Below, one piece after another: positions 20,754 through 30,213 of a stretch of 64,000 nucleotides of DNA. Positions within the stretch are counted from its first letter, which is position 1. The number at the start of each line of letters is the position of its first letter. The DNA lies in assembly GCA_045564035.1 (NCBI GenBank), contig JBJLIA010000021.1, forward strand, positions 6,702 through 70,701. Reading direction: 5' to 3'. A program made the position numbers and the translations under genes. The notes under the pieces were generated by a model. It ran no database searches. It was not told the origin of the DNA and worked only from the letters and a program-made list of their open reading frames with translations. Origin of the DNA: Gammaproteobacteria bacterium (GTDB taxonomy: Bacteria; Pseudomonadota; Gammaproteobacteria; Magnimaribacterales; D2472).

Positions 20754-21989
20754 GATCTTAACTTTTGTAATAGAGTTTTCTTCAATACCCAAAATCTCTA
20801 TTCTATAACCATTAATTTCCAAACAAACATTTTCTTGAGGAATTTGATCCAAGTAATCAGTAATTACACCATTCAGAGTTTTTGATCCTTCCTCATCTAT
20901 ATCCCAGCTCATAAAGCTATTCAATTCCCTGATTTTTGAATTTCCATCAGCTATTACCGACCCATCTTTTTTTCTTAGAAAACCTTTCTCTAAATCAGCT
21001 CTTGCAGCACCAAACTTACCGACAATTTCATTAAAAATATCTTCCATTGTTAGCAAGCCTTGAATCTCACCATATTCATCCACCACCAATCCAAGATTAT
21101 TATCTTGATTTTGAAATTGATTTAGTTGAACAGAGAGGGTTGTACTTTGAGATATAAAAGTTGTCTCTAATAAAAGATTTTTTATGTCCAGTTGATCTTC
21201 AAGAGCTTCTATAAATTGATGCGAATCTTTAAGATGCAACATTCCAATAACACTATCAATAGATTTTTTAAATACAGGAAGCCTGCTGTAGTATGAGGAG
21301 GCTATGATTTTTTGAGCTTCTTCGATACTTTGCGTAATATCTATTCCTATAATCTCTGCATGTGGGGTCATAATATCTTCAACAGTTAACTCTTCCATCC
21401 CCAAAATTGATGAGAGCATCTCGCGAGATTGATTGGGGATTAAATCACCATGTTCTTCCAATAGAGTTCTTAACTCATCTGAATTTAAATTATCATTTGA
21501 AGCTGACTCCATTGGATCCACATTAAATGCATTTAATATTCTGGAGCTAACAATATTTGTTAACCATACTAAAGGTTTAAAGAGGACAACCATTACTTTT
21601 AATAGCCAGGAAGATTTAGTTGCAAAATTTTCAGGATAAACACTTGCGATTGTTTTAGGAGTTATCTCAGAAAAAATTAATATTACTATAGTTAAAATCA
21701 CCGAGCCCAACAAAACATTTCCATCAAAATAATCAATCATTATTATTGTTACTATTGCAGAGGCTAATATATTGGCAAAATTATTACCTATAAGGATTGA
21801 AGAAAGCAAAATGTCTGGTCTTTGCAGGAGCTTAAGAGCTCTTCTTGCACCTTTTGCATCCTTAGAAAGATTGCGTAATTTAATTTTATTGGATGCCATC
21901 ATTCCTGTTTCAGAACCTGATGAAAATGCTGAAAAAATAAGCAGCACAAATACAGCTAGCAGCAAGAAATAAATAGAGTTAGTGGTCAA
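20736..21989 (-). CDS. CNNM/CorB-type transporter (DUF21 - CBS pair - CorC_HlyC domains), YfjD-like
   Basis: 417 aa. It has an N-terminal 4-TM DUF21 (SGSETGMMA), a CBS region (VEDIMTP..) and a C-terminal CorC/HlyC transporter-associated domain. It follows a ypjD-like gene as in E. coli ypjD-yfjD. Confidence 0.75.
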   Translation of the reverse strand: MTTNSIYFLLLAVFVLLIFSAFSSGSETGMMASNKIKLRNLSKDAKGARRALKLLQRPDILLSSILIGNNFANILASAIVTIIMIDYFDGNVLLGSVILTIVILIFSEITPKTIASVYPENFATKSSWLLKVMVVLFKPLVWLTNIVSSRILNAFNVDPMESASNDNLNSDELRTLLEEHGDLIPNQSREMLSSILGMEELTVEDIMTPHAEIIGIDITQSIEEAQKIIASSYYSRLPVFKKSIDSVIGMLHLKDSHQFIEALEDQLDIKNLLLETTFISQSTTLSVQLNQFQNQDNNLGLVVDEYGEIQGLLTMEDIFNEIVGKFGAARADLEKGFLRKKDGSVIADGNSKIRELNSFMSWDIDEEGSKTLNGVITDYLDQIPQENVCLEINGYRIEILGIEENSITKVKIKKKGS

Positions 21990-21995
21990 GAAGGT

Positions 21996-22559
21996 CTATA
22001 AGTAGTTTATTAAAATGATTGTGTTACCAAAATATGCCAGAAGGACCATGGCAAAAGAAATAATAGTTCCTCTTACTGCATATCGAACCTTAAGGTGAGC
22101 GTATTTTACCCCTAAAAACGTCAGCATATAAATTATTAAAGCAAATGAGGTAAAAACAATCTTAAAGATTAATTCTATATCTAGTTCACCAAGCACCATA
22201 AGTCCAGAAACTAAGGAGAGAACTATTCCTAAAAGCCCGCAACCAATTAATATGAATATTTCGTTATATTCTCTTTCTACAGATTTTGTATTAGAGCCTA
22301 TTTCACCTTTCTTAATTTTTGTAATGTGCCTTTCTAGAAGTGTTGTTTCAAAAAAAGTAACCATTAATATAACGATGCTAAAACTAGTAACTGAGACGTG
22401 AAGTGCCAAAATTGATAAGCCTTTTGATGAAATCATTAAGCTTGTAACAAGAATTAAGGCTAAAAATAACCCTATATACACTTGTTTTGAGGAAGTTAAT
22501 GCAGCTCTAGAAATAAAATATGCTACTAGAGCAATCAATGTTGTTATTGGAAATGACAC
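21996..22559 (-). CDS. YpjD-like inner membrane protein (CcsA/cytochrome c assembly-like family)
   Basis: 187-aa polytopic protein. The N-terminus (TLIALVAYFIS) and C-terminus (VLLAYFGNTII) parallel E. coli YpjD (ALLALVAYSVS .. LTLAYFGSRIV). It is shorter than the 263 aa of E. coli. Synteny with the CorB-like gene supports the call. Confidence 0.5.
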   Translation of the reverse strand: MSFPITTLIALVAYFISRAALTSSKQVYIGLFLALILVTSLMISSKGLSILALHVSVTSFSIVILMVTFFETTLLERHITKIKKGEIGSNTKSVEREYNEIFILIGCGLLGIVLSLVSGLMVLGELDIELIFKIVFTSFALIIYMLTFLGVKYAHLKVRYAVRGTIISFAMVLLAYFGNTIILINYL

Positions 22560-22663
22560 AATCTTATCTATTTTTGTAATCTTTATATATTAACACTATC
22601 AAATTCGTCAAGGTTAACCTAAAATACAAACCTTTTTACAAATACAAATAATAATATTTAAAT

Positions 22664-22986
22664 ATGGTAGTAGTTAGACTTGCAAAGAGTGGAGCCAAAA
22701 AAAACCCTTATTACTTTATAACGGTTGCCGATTCCAGAAAACCTAGAGATGGAGCATTCATTGAGCGCCTAGGCTTTTTTAATCCGTCAGCTAAAGGGTC
22801 TGAGGAAAGAATGAGATTTAATACTGATAGGTTAGATCACTGGATTGCACAGGGTGCTCAGCTTTCAGATAAGGTTAAAGAATTAGCAAAAGATGCCAGA
22901 CTATCACCAGATGATCTTCAAACCAAGCTTGATACAAAAAAAGAGAAGACGCTGAAGACGAATCTTCAGATGATGAGAAAAAATAG
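22664..22986 (+). CDS. rpsP: 30S ribosomal protein S16. As written the frame has no stop and runs into rimM; a -1 shift in the A7 run 22936..22942 is needed to reach TAG 22984..22986
   Basis: The N-terminal 80 aa ([54 protein letters not shown]) are clear S16. The track ORF 22664..23509 (281 aa) is S16 plus RimM in one frame. The -1 frame after the A run reads [14 protein letters not shown]-stop. Confidence 0.8.
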
Positions 22987-23509
22987 CTCAGTAGATCTTT
23001 CACTTTTCATCCTCATTGCTAAAATAGGCAAAACACGAGGCCTCAAGGGCGAGTTTTTTCTTAGGTCATTTTCTCAAAACCCAGAAACACTTTTTTCCTT
23101 TAAGAAATTCTATGCTCTTTCATCCTCAACAATGGATGAAGTTCATTTTGAATTCATGAAACAAGTTAATGCAAATATTATTGCAAAACTAAAATCTATC
23201 GATGATATAGATGCAGTTAAAGAGTTCGGTCAAAAGGATATATTTATTCTTAAATCAGAGCTGCCAGAATTAGAAGTTAATGAAGCTTATTGGTTTGAGC
23301 TAGAAGGAATGCAGATTATAAACCTTGAAGGGCAAAGTCTTGGGCAAGTCCAAGAGGTAAATAATTTTGGTGCTAGTGATGTGCTTATGGTTCGATTACC
23401 TAACCAAAAGAAAAAAGATATTCTAATACCATTTATCAAAAATAGAGTAATTATCTCAATAAATAAATTAGAAAATTCAATTTTAGTTGACTGGCAAGAA
23501 GATTATTAA
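22970..23509 (+). CDS. rimM: 16S rRNA processing protein RimM
   Basis: From ATGATG at 22970 the protein reads [54 protein letters not shown]. This is about 179 aa and collinear with E. coli RimM (182 aa). Confidence 0.85.
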   Translation: MMRKNSSVDLSLFILIAKIGKTRGLKGEFFLRSFSQNPETLFSFKKFYALSSSTMDEVHFEFMKQVNANIIAKLKSIDDIDAVKEFGQKDIFILKSELPELEVNEAYWFELEGMQIINLEGQSLGQVQEVNNFGASDVLMVRLPNQKKKDILIPFIKNRVIISINKLENSILVDWQEDY

Positions 23510-23514
23510 GCTAT

Positions 23515-24246
23515 ATGAATATAAATATTATTACTTTATTTCCAGAAATTTTTGATGCGTTAAATTTTGGCTTACTTGGTCAAGCTATAGATAGGGAAGA
23601 TATTAGAATTAATATTATTAATTTACGAAATTATCAGCTTAACAAGCATGGTCAGGTTGATGATAAGCCATATGGCGGAGGAGAGGGTATGGTGCTTATG
23701 GCAGAACCTTTGGTGAAGTCACTGAATGATATCCCAACTAATATCCTGGGTAAGGTCATTAACTTATCTCCGCAGGGCAGTCTTTTATGCCATAAAAAAG
23801 CTAAAGAGCTATCTTTAATTGAAAACATAACAATTATCTCAGGAAGATATGAGGGAATTGATGAAAGATTTATTACACAATATGTTGATGAAGAAATTTC
23901 AATTGGTGATTTTGTATTAAGCGGAGGAGAATTTGCTGCATTGACTCTAATAGATTCCTTATCAAGATTTATTCCGGGAGTAATTGGTAATAAGAAATCT
24001 GTTGAGCAGGATTCATTGAGTCAGGGACTTTTAAAAGGACCAGTATTTACAAGACCAGAAAATTTTAACTCAGAATTAGTTCCAGAGATATTATTATCTG
24101 GAGATCATCAAAAAATACAAGAATGGAGAGAGAATCAAGCTTTTATTAGAACTTATGAAAGAAGGCCTGACTTATTAAAAAGTTTAAAATTAACAAAAAA
24201 ACAAAAAAAACTCTTGGAAGATTTGTCTTCTAAGCGTATCCTATAG
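23515..24246 (+). CDS. trmD: tRNA (guanine37-N1)-methyltransferase
   Basis: 243 aa with [34 protein letters not shown] and [11 protein letters not shown]. Confidence 0.95.
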   Translation: MNINIITLFPEIFDALNFGLLGQAIDREDIRINIINLRNYQLNKHGQVDDKPYGGGEGMVLMAEPLVKSLNDIPTNILGKVINLSPQGSLLCHKKAKELSLIENITIISGRYEGIDERFITQYVDEEISIGDFVLSGGEFAALTLIDSLSRFIPGVIGNKKSVEQDSLSQGLLKGPVFTRPENFNSELVPEILLSGDHQKIQEWRENQAFIRTYERRPDLLKSLKLTKKQKKLLEDLSSKRIL

Positions 24247-24266
24247 CTCATTTTTTAGGCAAAATC

Positions 24267-24857
24267 ATGGCAGACAAAGATAACGAAAATTTAGATGCAA
24301 CAACAACTGAAAGTGTTGATGCGCAAGAAACTGTTTCAGAGGACGCTTCATCTGAAGATGCATCTGTTGAGGCAATAGAACCTTCCGAAGCTGCCCCTGA
24401 AGAGTTGGTGGCTGAAGAATCATCTGCTGAGGAAGCTCCTGCAGAAGAAGTGCCTGCAACAGATGACCTGCCAGAAGAAATTGTTAATATAACAACTGAC
24501 GAAAAAACACCTGCACAAATAATTGAATCATTTGAGGCAAGTCAATTAAAAGATGATATTCCATCATTTAGACCTGGTGATACGGTTGTTGTATCTGTGA
24601 AAGTAAGAGAGGGAGACAGAACTAGGCTTCAAGCTTTTGAAGGCGTAGTTATGAATATCAAAAATGCTGGTTTAAATTCTGCTTTTATAGTTAGAAAAAT
24701 TTCGAGTGGCATTGGAGTTGAAAGAACTTTTCAATTGCATAGCCCAATGATTGATTCTATTTCAGTTAAAAGAAAAGGTGATGTCAGGCAAGCTAAGCTT
24801 TATTACCTAAGAGAAAGATCTGGAAGATCTGCAAGAATCAAAGAAAGATTAGACTAA
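24267..24857 (+). CDS. rplS: 50S ribosomal protein L19 with an acidic N-terminal extension of about 81 aa
   Basis: The C-terminal 115 aa ([79 protein letters not shown]) are nearly collinear with E. coli L19. There is no ATG/GTG/TTG just upstream of the core; the in-frame alternatives are TTG 24405, GTG 24408 and GTG 24450. Confidence 0.9.
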   Translation: MADKDNENLDATTTESVDAQETVSEDASSEDASVEAIEPSEAAPEELVAEESSAEEAPAEEVPATDDLPEEIVNITTDEKTPAQIIESFEASQLKDDIPSFRPGDTVVVSVKVREGDRTRLQAFEGVVMNIKNAGLNSAFIVRKISSGIGVERTFQLHSPMIDSISVKRKGDVRQAKLYYLRERSGRSARIKERLD

Positions 24858-24861
24858 TTTT

Positions 24862-25764
24862 ATGTCCTCTGACCTAAAAAAGGATCTATTAGTAGATTCT
24901 TTTTTATCAACTCTTCGTCTTGAAAAGGGCTTATCTGAAAATACCATAAAAGCTTATTCAAATGATTGTCGTGCTTTTAACAAATGGTTGTTTTTAAATA
25001 AGGGATATGAGCCTGCAAGTGCAACCGAAGGAGATATAGAAAATTATCTAAAGTATTTTCAAAGTATTAATCTATCTAATACAACTATTAATAGAAAACT
25101 TTCATCCTTAAAACATTTTTTTAATTATCTAAGCAAGAAAAAACTTCTACAATCTAATCCTGTTATTAATATTTCAGGCCTTAAGAATCATAAATCTTTG
25201 CCAAAATCTTTGTCAATTATTGACGTAAATTGCTTAATTAATGCTCCAGATTGCTCTAATTTTATTGGATTAAGAGATAGAGCTATGATTGAGCTTATGT
25301 ATGCAACAGGAGTAAGAATAAGCGAGCTTATTAATTTAAAATATAGCAATATTGATTTAAATCGGTCCCTAATAAAAGTAATGGGTAAGGGTGGGAAGGA
25401 GCGAATGATTCCCTTTGGAGACGATGCTCTTTCATGGCTAATTGATTACATTGAGTTTAGACGAAAAAATAATTTATCTCTTAATTCACGAGATTTTTTT
25501 ATTAGTCAACAAGGAAAGAAAATTACACGACAAGCCTTTTGGCATAGGATTAAGGCATATCTAAAAATAACAGGCCTTTCCATGGATATTTCTCCTCATA
25601 CTCTTAGACATGCATTTGCAACCCATTTGTTAAATAATGGTGCAGACCTTAGATCTGTTCAAATGTTATTGGGCCATAGTGACCTCTCCACAACTCAGAT
25701 ATATACTCATATTGCCAAACAAAGGCTAAGTGAAATGGTTAAACAACATCACCCAAGAGGTTAA
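24862..25764 (+). CDS. xerD: Site-specific tyrosine recombinase XerD
   Basis: 300 aa with LEKGLSENTI.AY..D, the catalytic region HTLRHAFATHLL..GADLRSVQ.LLGHSDLSTTQIYTH, and xerD-dsbC synteny. Confidence 0.85.
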   Translation: MSSDLKKDLLVDSFLSTLRLEKGLSENTIKAYSNDCRAFNKWLFLNKGYEPASATEGDIENYLKYFQSINLSNTTINRKLSSLKHFFNYLSKKKLLQSNPVINISGLKNHKSLPKSLSIIDVNCLINAPDCSNFIGLRDRAMIELMYATGVRISELINLKYSNIDLNRSLIKVMGKGGKERMIPFGDDALSWLIDYIEFRRKNNLSLNSRDFFISQQGKKITRQAFWHRIKAYLKITGLSMDISPHTLRHAFATHLLNNGADLRSVQMLLGHSDLSTTQIYTHIAKQRLSEMVKQHHPRG

Positions 25765-25770
25765 TTTTTG

Positions 25771-26481
25771 ATGAAAATAATATTACTAATATCGGTCTTA
25801 ATTTTTGCATCAAATATAAAATCTGATGAGCTTTCAATTTCTTCTAAGATAAATGCAGTTCTCCCAGAAGGAATAAGCGTTCAAAGTGTGAAAGAATCTC
25901 AGTTAGAAGGTTTGTATATAGTTGATATTGGAGATTTGCAACCAATTTATGCTTCTAAAAGTGGAGACTTCTTTTTTTATGGAGAGTTATACGCTGTAAA
26001 TGGAAACATGCTGCAAAATACCACTAAGGATGAAATAAATTTAAAACGAAAAAGTATCTTAAATAATGCCCTGTCTGAAGATGACTTTATTAGTTTTAAA
26101 TCTACAAATGAAAAACATAGAGTTACTGTTTTCACAGATGTGGATTGTGGGTACTGTAGAAAATTGCATAATGAGATCGGAGACTTCAATAATCTGGGTA
26201 TCACAGTTAATTATGTTGCATTTCCTAGATCAGGGTTAAATTCAGTTTCCTTTAATAAAATTGTTACAGCCTGGTGCTCAAAAGATCCTAAAAATATTTT
26301 AACCAAAATGAAACAAGGCAAAGATGTTCAGGTATCAATGTGTCAAGATAACCCTGTTGAAAATCATTTTCTTCTTGGTCAAAAGATTGGCATTACAGGC
26401 ACTCCGGCTATAATTAAGTCAAATGGAGAGTTGCTTCCGGGATATCTTTCTCCAGAAGAGTTATTAACTAGATTAAATTAA
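25771..26481 (+). CDS. dsbC: Thiol:disulfide interchange protein DsbC
   Basis: It has a signal peptide, an N-terminal dimerisation domain and a thioredoxin fold with active site CGYC (FTDVDCGYCRKLH), then GTPA. I prefer ATG 25771 over TTG 25768. Confidence 0.8.
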   Translation: MKIILLISVLIFASNIKSDELSISSKINAVLPEGISVQSVKESQLEGLYIVDIGDLQPIYASKSGDFFFYGELYAVNGNMLQNTTKDEINLKRKSILNNALSEDDFISFKSTNEKHRVTVFTDVDCGYCRKLHNEIGDFNNLGITVNYVAFPRSGLNSVSFNKIVTAWCSKDPKNILTKMKQGKDVQVSMCQDNPVENHFLLGQKIGITGTPAIIKSNGELLPGYLSPEELLTRLN

Positions 26482-26483
26482 AT

Positions 26484-27737
26484 ATGGCTAAATTAAAAAT
26501 AGGTATTTGCGGTTGGGGAAACGTTGCAACTGGATTATATGAGCAATTGGTTAATGGAGATAAAATTTATGATGATTGGCAGATTTGCTGTATTGGTGCT
26601 AGACGTGACAACCCAAAATGCGATCCGGGCTCAGTAAAAATTTTAAGAGACATTTTTGCAGTAGCTGATGAAGATATAGATGTTCTTGTTGAATTAATCG
26701 GCGGCGTTGAAACAGCTAAAGATTTAATTACTCAAGCTTTGAAATCAGGCAAGCATGTTGTAACTGCAAATAAAGCAGTAATTTTTGAACATGGTGAAGA
26801 GCTGATTAATCTAGCAATTGAAAACAATGTGAAGCTACTATTTGAATCCGCAGTTTGCGCTGGCACTCCTTCTATAAAGATGCTTTCAAATGATTTAACT
26901 GCAAATAAAATTTCTAAAGTTGCAGGTATGCTAAATGGGACAACAAATTTTATATTAAGCAATATGGAAGAGGGTGCTTCTTATGAATCTGTTTTGCAGG
27001 AAGCTAAAGAAAAAGGATACGCGGAACCAGATCCAAGTTTAGATGTTAACGGAACTGATGCGGCTCACAAGATTGGAATCCTTGCAGCCTTAGCATTTAA
27101 TAGCGACCTTCCTGCATCAGACTTTCATATTGAAGGCATAGAAAATATTCAATCACAGGACTTTGTATATGCAAATGATTTTCACATGACGGTTAAGCAT
27201 TTAGCTGTTGCAAAATTAAATGACAAAGGGATTGAGCTAAGAAGCCATCCTGTAATGCTAAATAAAGATTCAAGCTTGGCAGGACTAAAGGGAGTTAGGA
27301 ATGGTATTCAATTTGATACAAGCCTGCTAGGTGAATTTCATGTTGCTGGATCTGGAGCCGGAAGAGAATCAACAGCATCTGGTTTAATTTCTGACTTATT
27401 CGCGCTTTCAAAATCGAATGGATCTTCTCCAATGCAATATCCAGACTTCTCTAAAAAACCTGACTTGATGAACTTCGATGATTTAATTTTTAAATATTAT
27501 GTTTATTTGGAAGTTGAAGATGAGCCTGGCGTTTTAGCATTAATCAGTAAAATATTTGCAGATCATGGGATTGGTTTTGACAAGGTTATTCAAAAGGATC
27601 AGTTAGAAAATAGCAATGTTCCTGTTGTAATTTTTACAGATCCAATTATTGAAAGTGAGATGCAAATTGCATTAAAGGATTTAGACAATCATCCAGTTAT
27701 TCTAAATTCTAAAATTATTAGAATTGAGGAACTTTAA
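26484..27737 (+). CDS. hom: Homoserine dehydrogenase (with C-terminal ACT domain)
   Basis: 417 aa with GICGWGNVATG, HVVTANK, NGTTNFIL, EADPSLDVNGTDAAHK and an ACT-like tail (YLEVEDEPGVLALISKIFADHGI). Confidence 0.9.
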   Translation: MAKLKIGICGWGNVATGLYEQLVNGDKIYDDWQICCIGARRDNPKCDPGSVKILRDIFAVADEDIDVLVELIGGVETAKDLITQALKSGKHVVTANKAVIFEHGEELINLAIENNVKLLFESAVCAGTPSIKMLSNDLTANKISKVAGMLNGTTNFILSNMEEGASYESVLQEAKEKGYAEPDPSLDVNGTDAAHKIGILAALAFNSDLPASDFHIEGIENIQSQDFVYANDFHMTVKHLAVAKLNDKGIELRSHPVMLNKDSSLAGLKGVRNGIQFDTSLLGEFHVAGSGAGRESTASGLISDLFALSKSNGSSPMQYPDFSKKPDLMNFDDLIFKYYVYLEVEDEPGVLALISKIFADHGIGFDKVIQKDQLENSNVPVVIFTDPIIESEMQIALKDLDNHPVILNSKIIRIEEL

Positions 27738-29113
27738 TGCTTTTTCATTCAACGAGAGGCAAAGACTCTGATAAAGATTTTGCATCAATTTTAATACAAG
27801 GTCTTGCTGATGATGGTGGTCTATTCATGCCAGATCACTGGCCACAAGTTGATTTAGAGCAAATCAAGTCACAATCATCATTTATAGAAATAGCTAAATG
27901 CATTGTGCCGTTATTTACCTCATCGTCGTTCTCTCATGAGGAGACAATGAGTATCGTTGAATCAACTTGGCATAATTTTGAGCATCAAGATTTAATTAAT
28001 ATAAAAAAATTTGATTCAGTATCTATTCTTGAGCTTTTTCACGGACCTACTGCAGCATTTAAAGATTTTGGACTTCAGCTAGCAGCAGCTTTTTTTAATA
28101 GGGTCTTAGAGTCTGAAAATAAAACTGCAATTGTTCTGGGAGCAACATCAGGTGATACAGGTCCAGCAGCAATTGATGCTTGCAAGAATTACAGCAGAAT
28201 CAAGAGCTTTATCATGCTTCCAAATGGAAATATGTCTGAGGTGCAGAGAAGACAAATGAGCACTATCAAAGCTTCAAATGTTTTTGCCTTAAGAGTTAAC
28301 GGAACATTTGATGATTGCCAAGACCTAGTGAAGCTCGCTTTTAAAAAACGCGATTTTTTGAACACTGATCAATATTTATTAGCAGTTAATTCAATTAACT
28401 GGACTCGAATTATTGGTCAAATTTGCTATTACTTTTATGCATATAATCAATTGCATCAAATGGGCAATTTAAATTTCTCTATCCCAACTGGAAATTTTGG
28501 CAATGTATTTGCTTGCTACTCTGCACATAAAATGGGACTGCCAATCAATAAGATATCTGTTGCCGTCAATAATAATGATATCTTGCATCGTTTTTTTAGC
28601 GAGAATGATTATTCAAAGCAACTTGTTCATGAAACGATTTCTCCTAGTATGGACATAAGTGTTGCCAGTAATTTTGAAAGATTGGCATATGATCTTTTCT
28701 TGGACAGAGATTCAACTAAATGCGCAATGATGTTTAATAATTTTCCAAATAATCCTATTGAGCTTGATAGCGAAACGTGGCAAAAGAAAGATAATCTCTT
28801 TTATTCAAGCAAAGTTAATGACTTGGATACTACAACAATGATTCAAGAAATATATCAATCAAGTGGATATATCTTAGATCCGCATACTGCTGTTGCAGCA
28901 TTTGAAGCTTTCAAGAAAAGCGATCAAGGCAATCATTATGTCGTGCTATCTACCGCTCATCCAGCAAAATTTCCCAAAATTTACGAAGAATTAGGTATTG
29001 AAATTAAACCATTACCATTAGCATTAAGCGGTCTATTTGAAAAAGAAGAGACTCTTTATTCCTTGAATGCTGATTACGATGAAATTATCAACTTTATTAA
29101 CCTGAATAACTAA
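27737..29113 (+). CDS. thrC: Threonine synthase
   Basis: 458 aa with N-terminus FHSTRG, the PLP-lysine motif GPTAAFKDFG, GATSGDTG and DPHTAV. Its start overlaps the hom stop by 1 nt. Confidence 0.9.
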   Translation: MLFHSTRGKDSDKDFASILIQGLADDGGLFMPDHWPQVDLEQIKSQSSFIEIAKCIVPLFTSSSFSHEETMSIVESTWHNFEHQDLINIKKFDSVSILELFHGPTAAFKDFGLQLAAAFFNRVLESENKTAIVLGATSGDTGPAAIDACKNYSRIKSFIMLPNGNMSEVQRRQMSTIKASNVFALRVNGTFDDCQDLVKLAFKKRDFLNTDQYLLAVNSINWTRIIGQICYYFYAYNQLHQMGNLNFSIPTGNFGNVFACYSAHKMGLPINKISVAVNNNDILHRFFSENDYSKQLVHETISPSMDISVASNFERLAYDLFLDRDSTKCAMMFNNFPNNPIELDSETWQKKDNLFYSSKVNDLDTTTMIQEIYQSSGYILDPHTAVAAFEAFKKSDQGNHYVVLSTAHPAKFPKIYEELGIEIKPLPLALSGLFEKEETLYSLNADYDEIINFINLNN

Positions 29114-29124
29114 TTATTTAATTT

Positions 29125-29703
29125 ATGAATATACCAAAGATAGTCAAAGCATCTTCAAAAGATTTGGAACGTGTAAAGGGAGTTCTCAAGCTAGGCTTCG
29201 CCTCAGATGCTCTAATTAGGTGGGTGTTTCTTGATCCATCCTCATACTTAAAATGCTTTGACATCTGGATGGAGGAATTTTCAAAAATTGCCTTTGAAAA
29301 TAATATTGTCTTTTCAGAAGAAAATTTCCACGGATCCTCTCTCTGGCACCCACCAGGAGCTAAGTTTGATAGCTCAGTATTATCTCCAACTTTTGAATAT
29401 ATTCCCTCTGATCGAATTGAAGAGGTTGTAAGTTTTTTTGAGGAATTTGAGCAATATCATCCTGAGGATGCTTGGTATTTAGCATTTATTGCAGTTGATC
29501 CAGCGATGCAAAGAAAAGGTATTGGGTCTTTTTTACTCAAAGAAGCATTGCAAATGATAGATCAAAGAGGTGATAGGGCTTATTTAGAAGCATCCAATGA
29601 GCAGAATAAGGCTTTGTATGAAAGACACGGCTTTGTTGAAATTGGAAGAGTTCAATTTGAAAACTCTCCTCCTGCATTTCCCATGATCAGAGAGGCAAAA
29701 TAA
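29125..29703 (+). CDS. GNAT family N-acetyltransferase
   Basis: 192 aa with acetyl-CoA binding motif A (VDPAMQRKGIGSFLLKEAL) and the ..YERHGF motif. Confidence 0.75.
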   Translation: MNIPKIVKASSKDLERVKGVLKLGFASDALIRWVFLDPSSYLKCFDIWMEEFSKIAFENNIVFSEENFHGSSLWHPPGAKFDSSVLSPTFEYIPSDRIEEVVSFFEEFEQYHPEDAWYLAFIAVDPAMQRKGIGSFLLKEALQMIDQRGDRAYLEASNEQNKALYERHGFVEIGRVQFENSPPAFPMIREAK

Positions 29704-29768
29704 ACGCATTTCAAATGCTTTAGATATATGTTTTAATTTTTTACTTATATTATAAATGGAGTAAAAAA

Positions 29769-30191
29769 ATGAAAAATCTAATTCTTACCTTTTTGATAAC
29801 TTTTTTATCAGTAAATACTTATTCAATTGATATTAATGGAGAAGCTTATGCATTTACTGGAAATGTTTCTTCAATAACACTTAATGAGTCCGGAGGAGTA
29901 ATTAATGCAGTCGGGCAAACTGGACAATATGGAAAAGTTTGGCTGACCTATAATCTCAAAGCAGACAATCCAGGCAATCCTAATCAAGGTTCTTTTTCAG
30001 GTAGAGCAACAGCAATCGATGAAAATGGCAATCGAAATGGTGCTAGCAGGCAAGGAGTATGGGAAAGAAAGGGCACAGTGATGCATTTTAGATCTTTAGA
30101 TGATGTGTCCGATGGAAATCAGTATCTCTGCATTACCGCAATCAACTTAATTAATGACTCTTTAAAAATGAGTTTCTACTCAACGAAGTAA
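29769..30191 (+). CDS. Hypothetical secreted protein
   Basis: 140 aa with a cleavable-looking signal peptide (MKNLILTFLITFLSVNTYS) and a Gly/Asn-rich, beta-rich mature part. I recognise no family. Confidence 0.5.
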   Translation: MKNLILTFLITFLSVNTYSIDINGEAYAFTGNVSSITLNESGGVINAVGQTGQYGKVWLTYNLKADNPGNPNQGSFSGRATAIDENGNRNGASRQGVWERKGTVMHFRSLDDVSDGNQYLCITAINLINDSLKMSFYSTK

Positions 30192-30213
30192 ATCTTTATT
30201 CCCGTAACTGTTT

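Noticed and set aside
22664-23509. Accepting the 281-aa ORF at face value as one ordinary gene
   Set aside because: It is two well-defined proteins (S16 and RimM) joined by a short linker that contains an A7 run, and an alternative frame gives a normal stop. It is reported as two features plus a finding instead.
24862-25764. A dif recombination site near xerD
   Set aside because: I looked in nearby and other intergenic regions for the dif core (..ATAA-TGTATA-TTAT..) and found no match. dif is normally at the terminus, not next to xerD.
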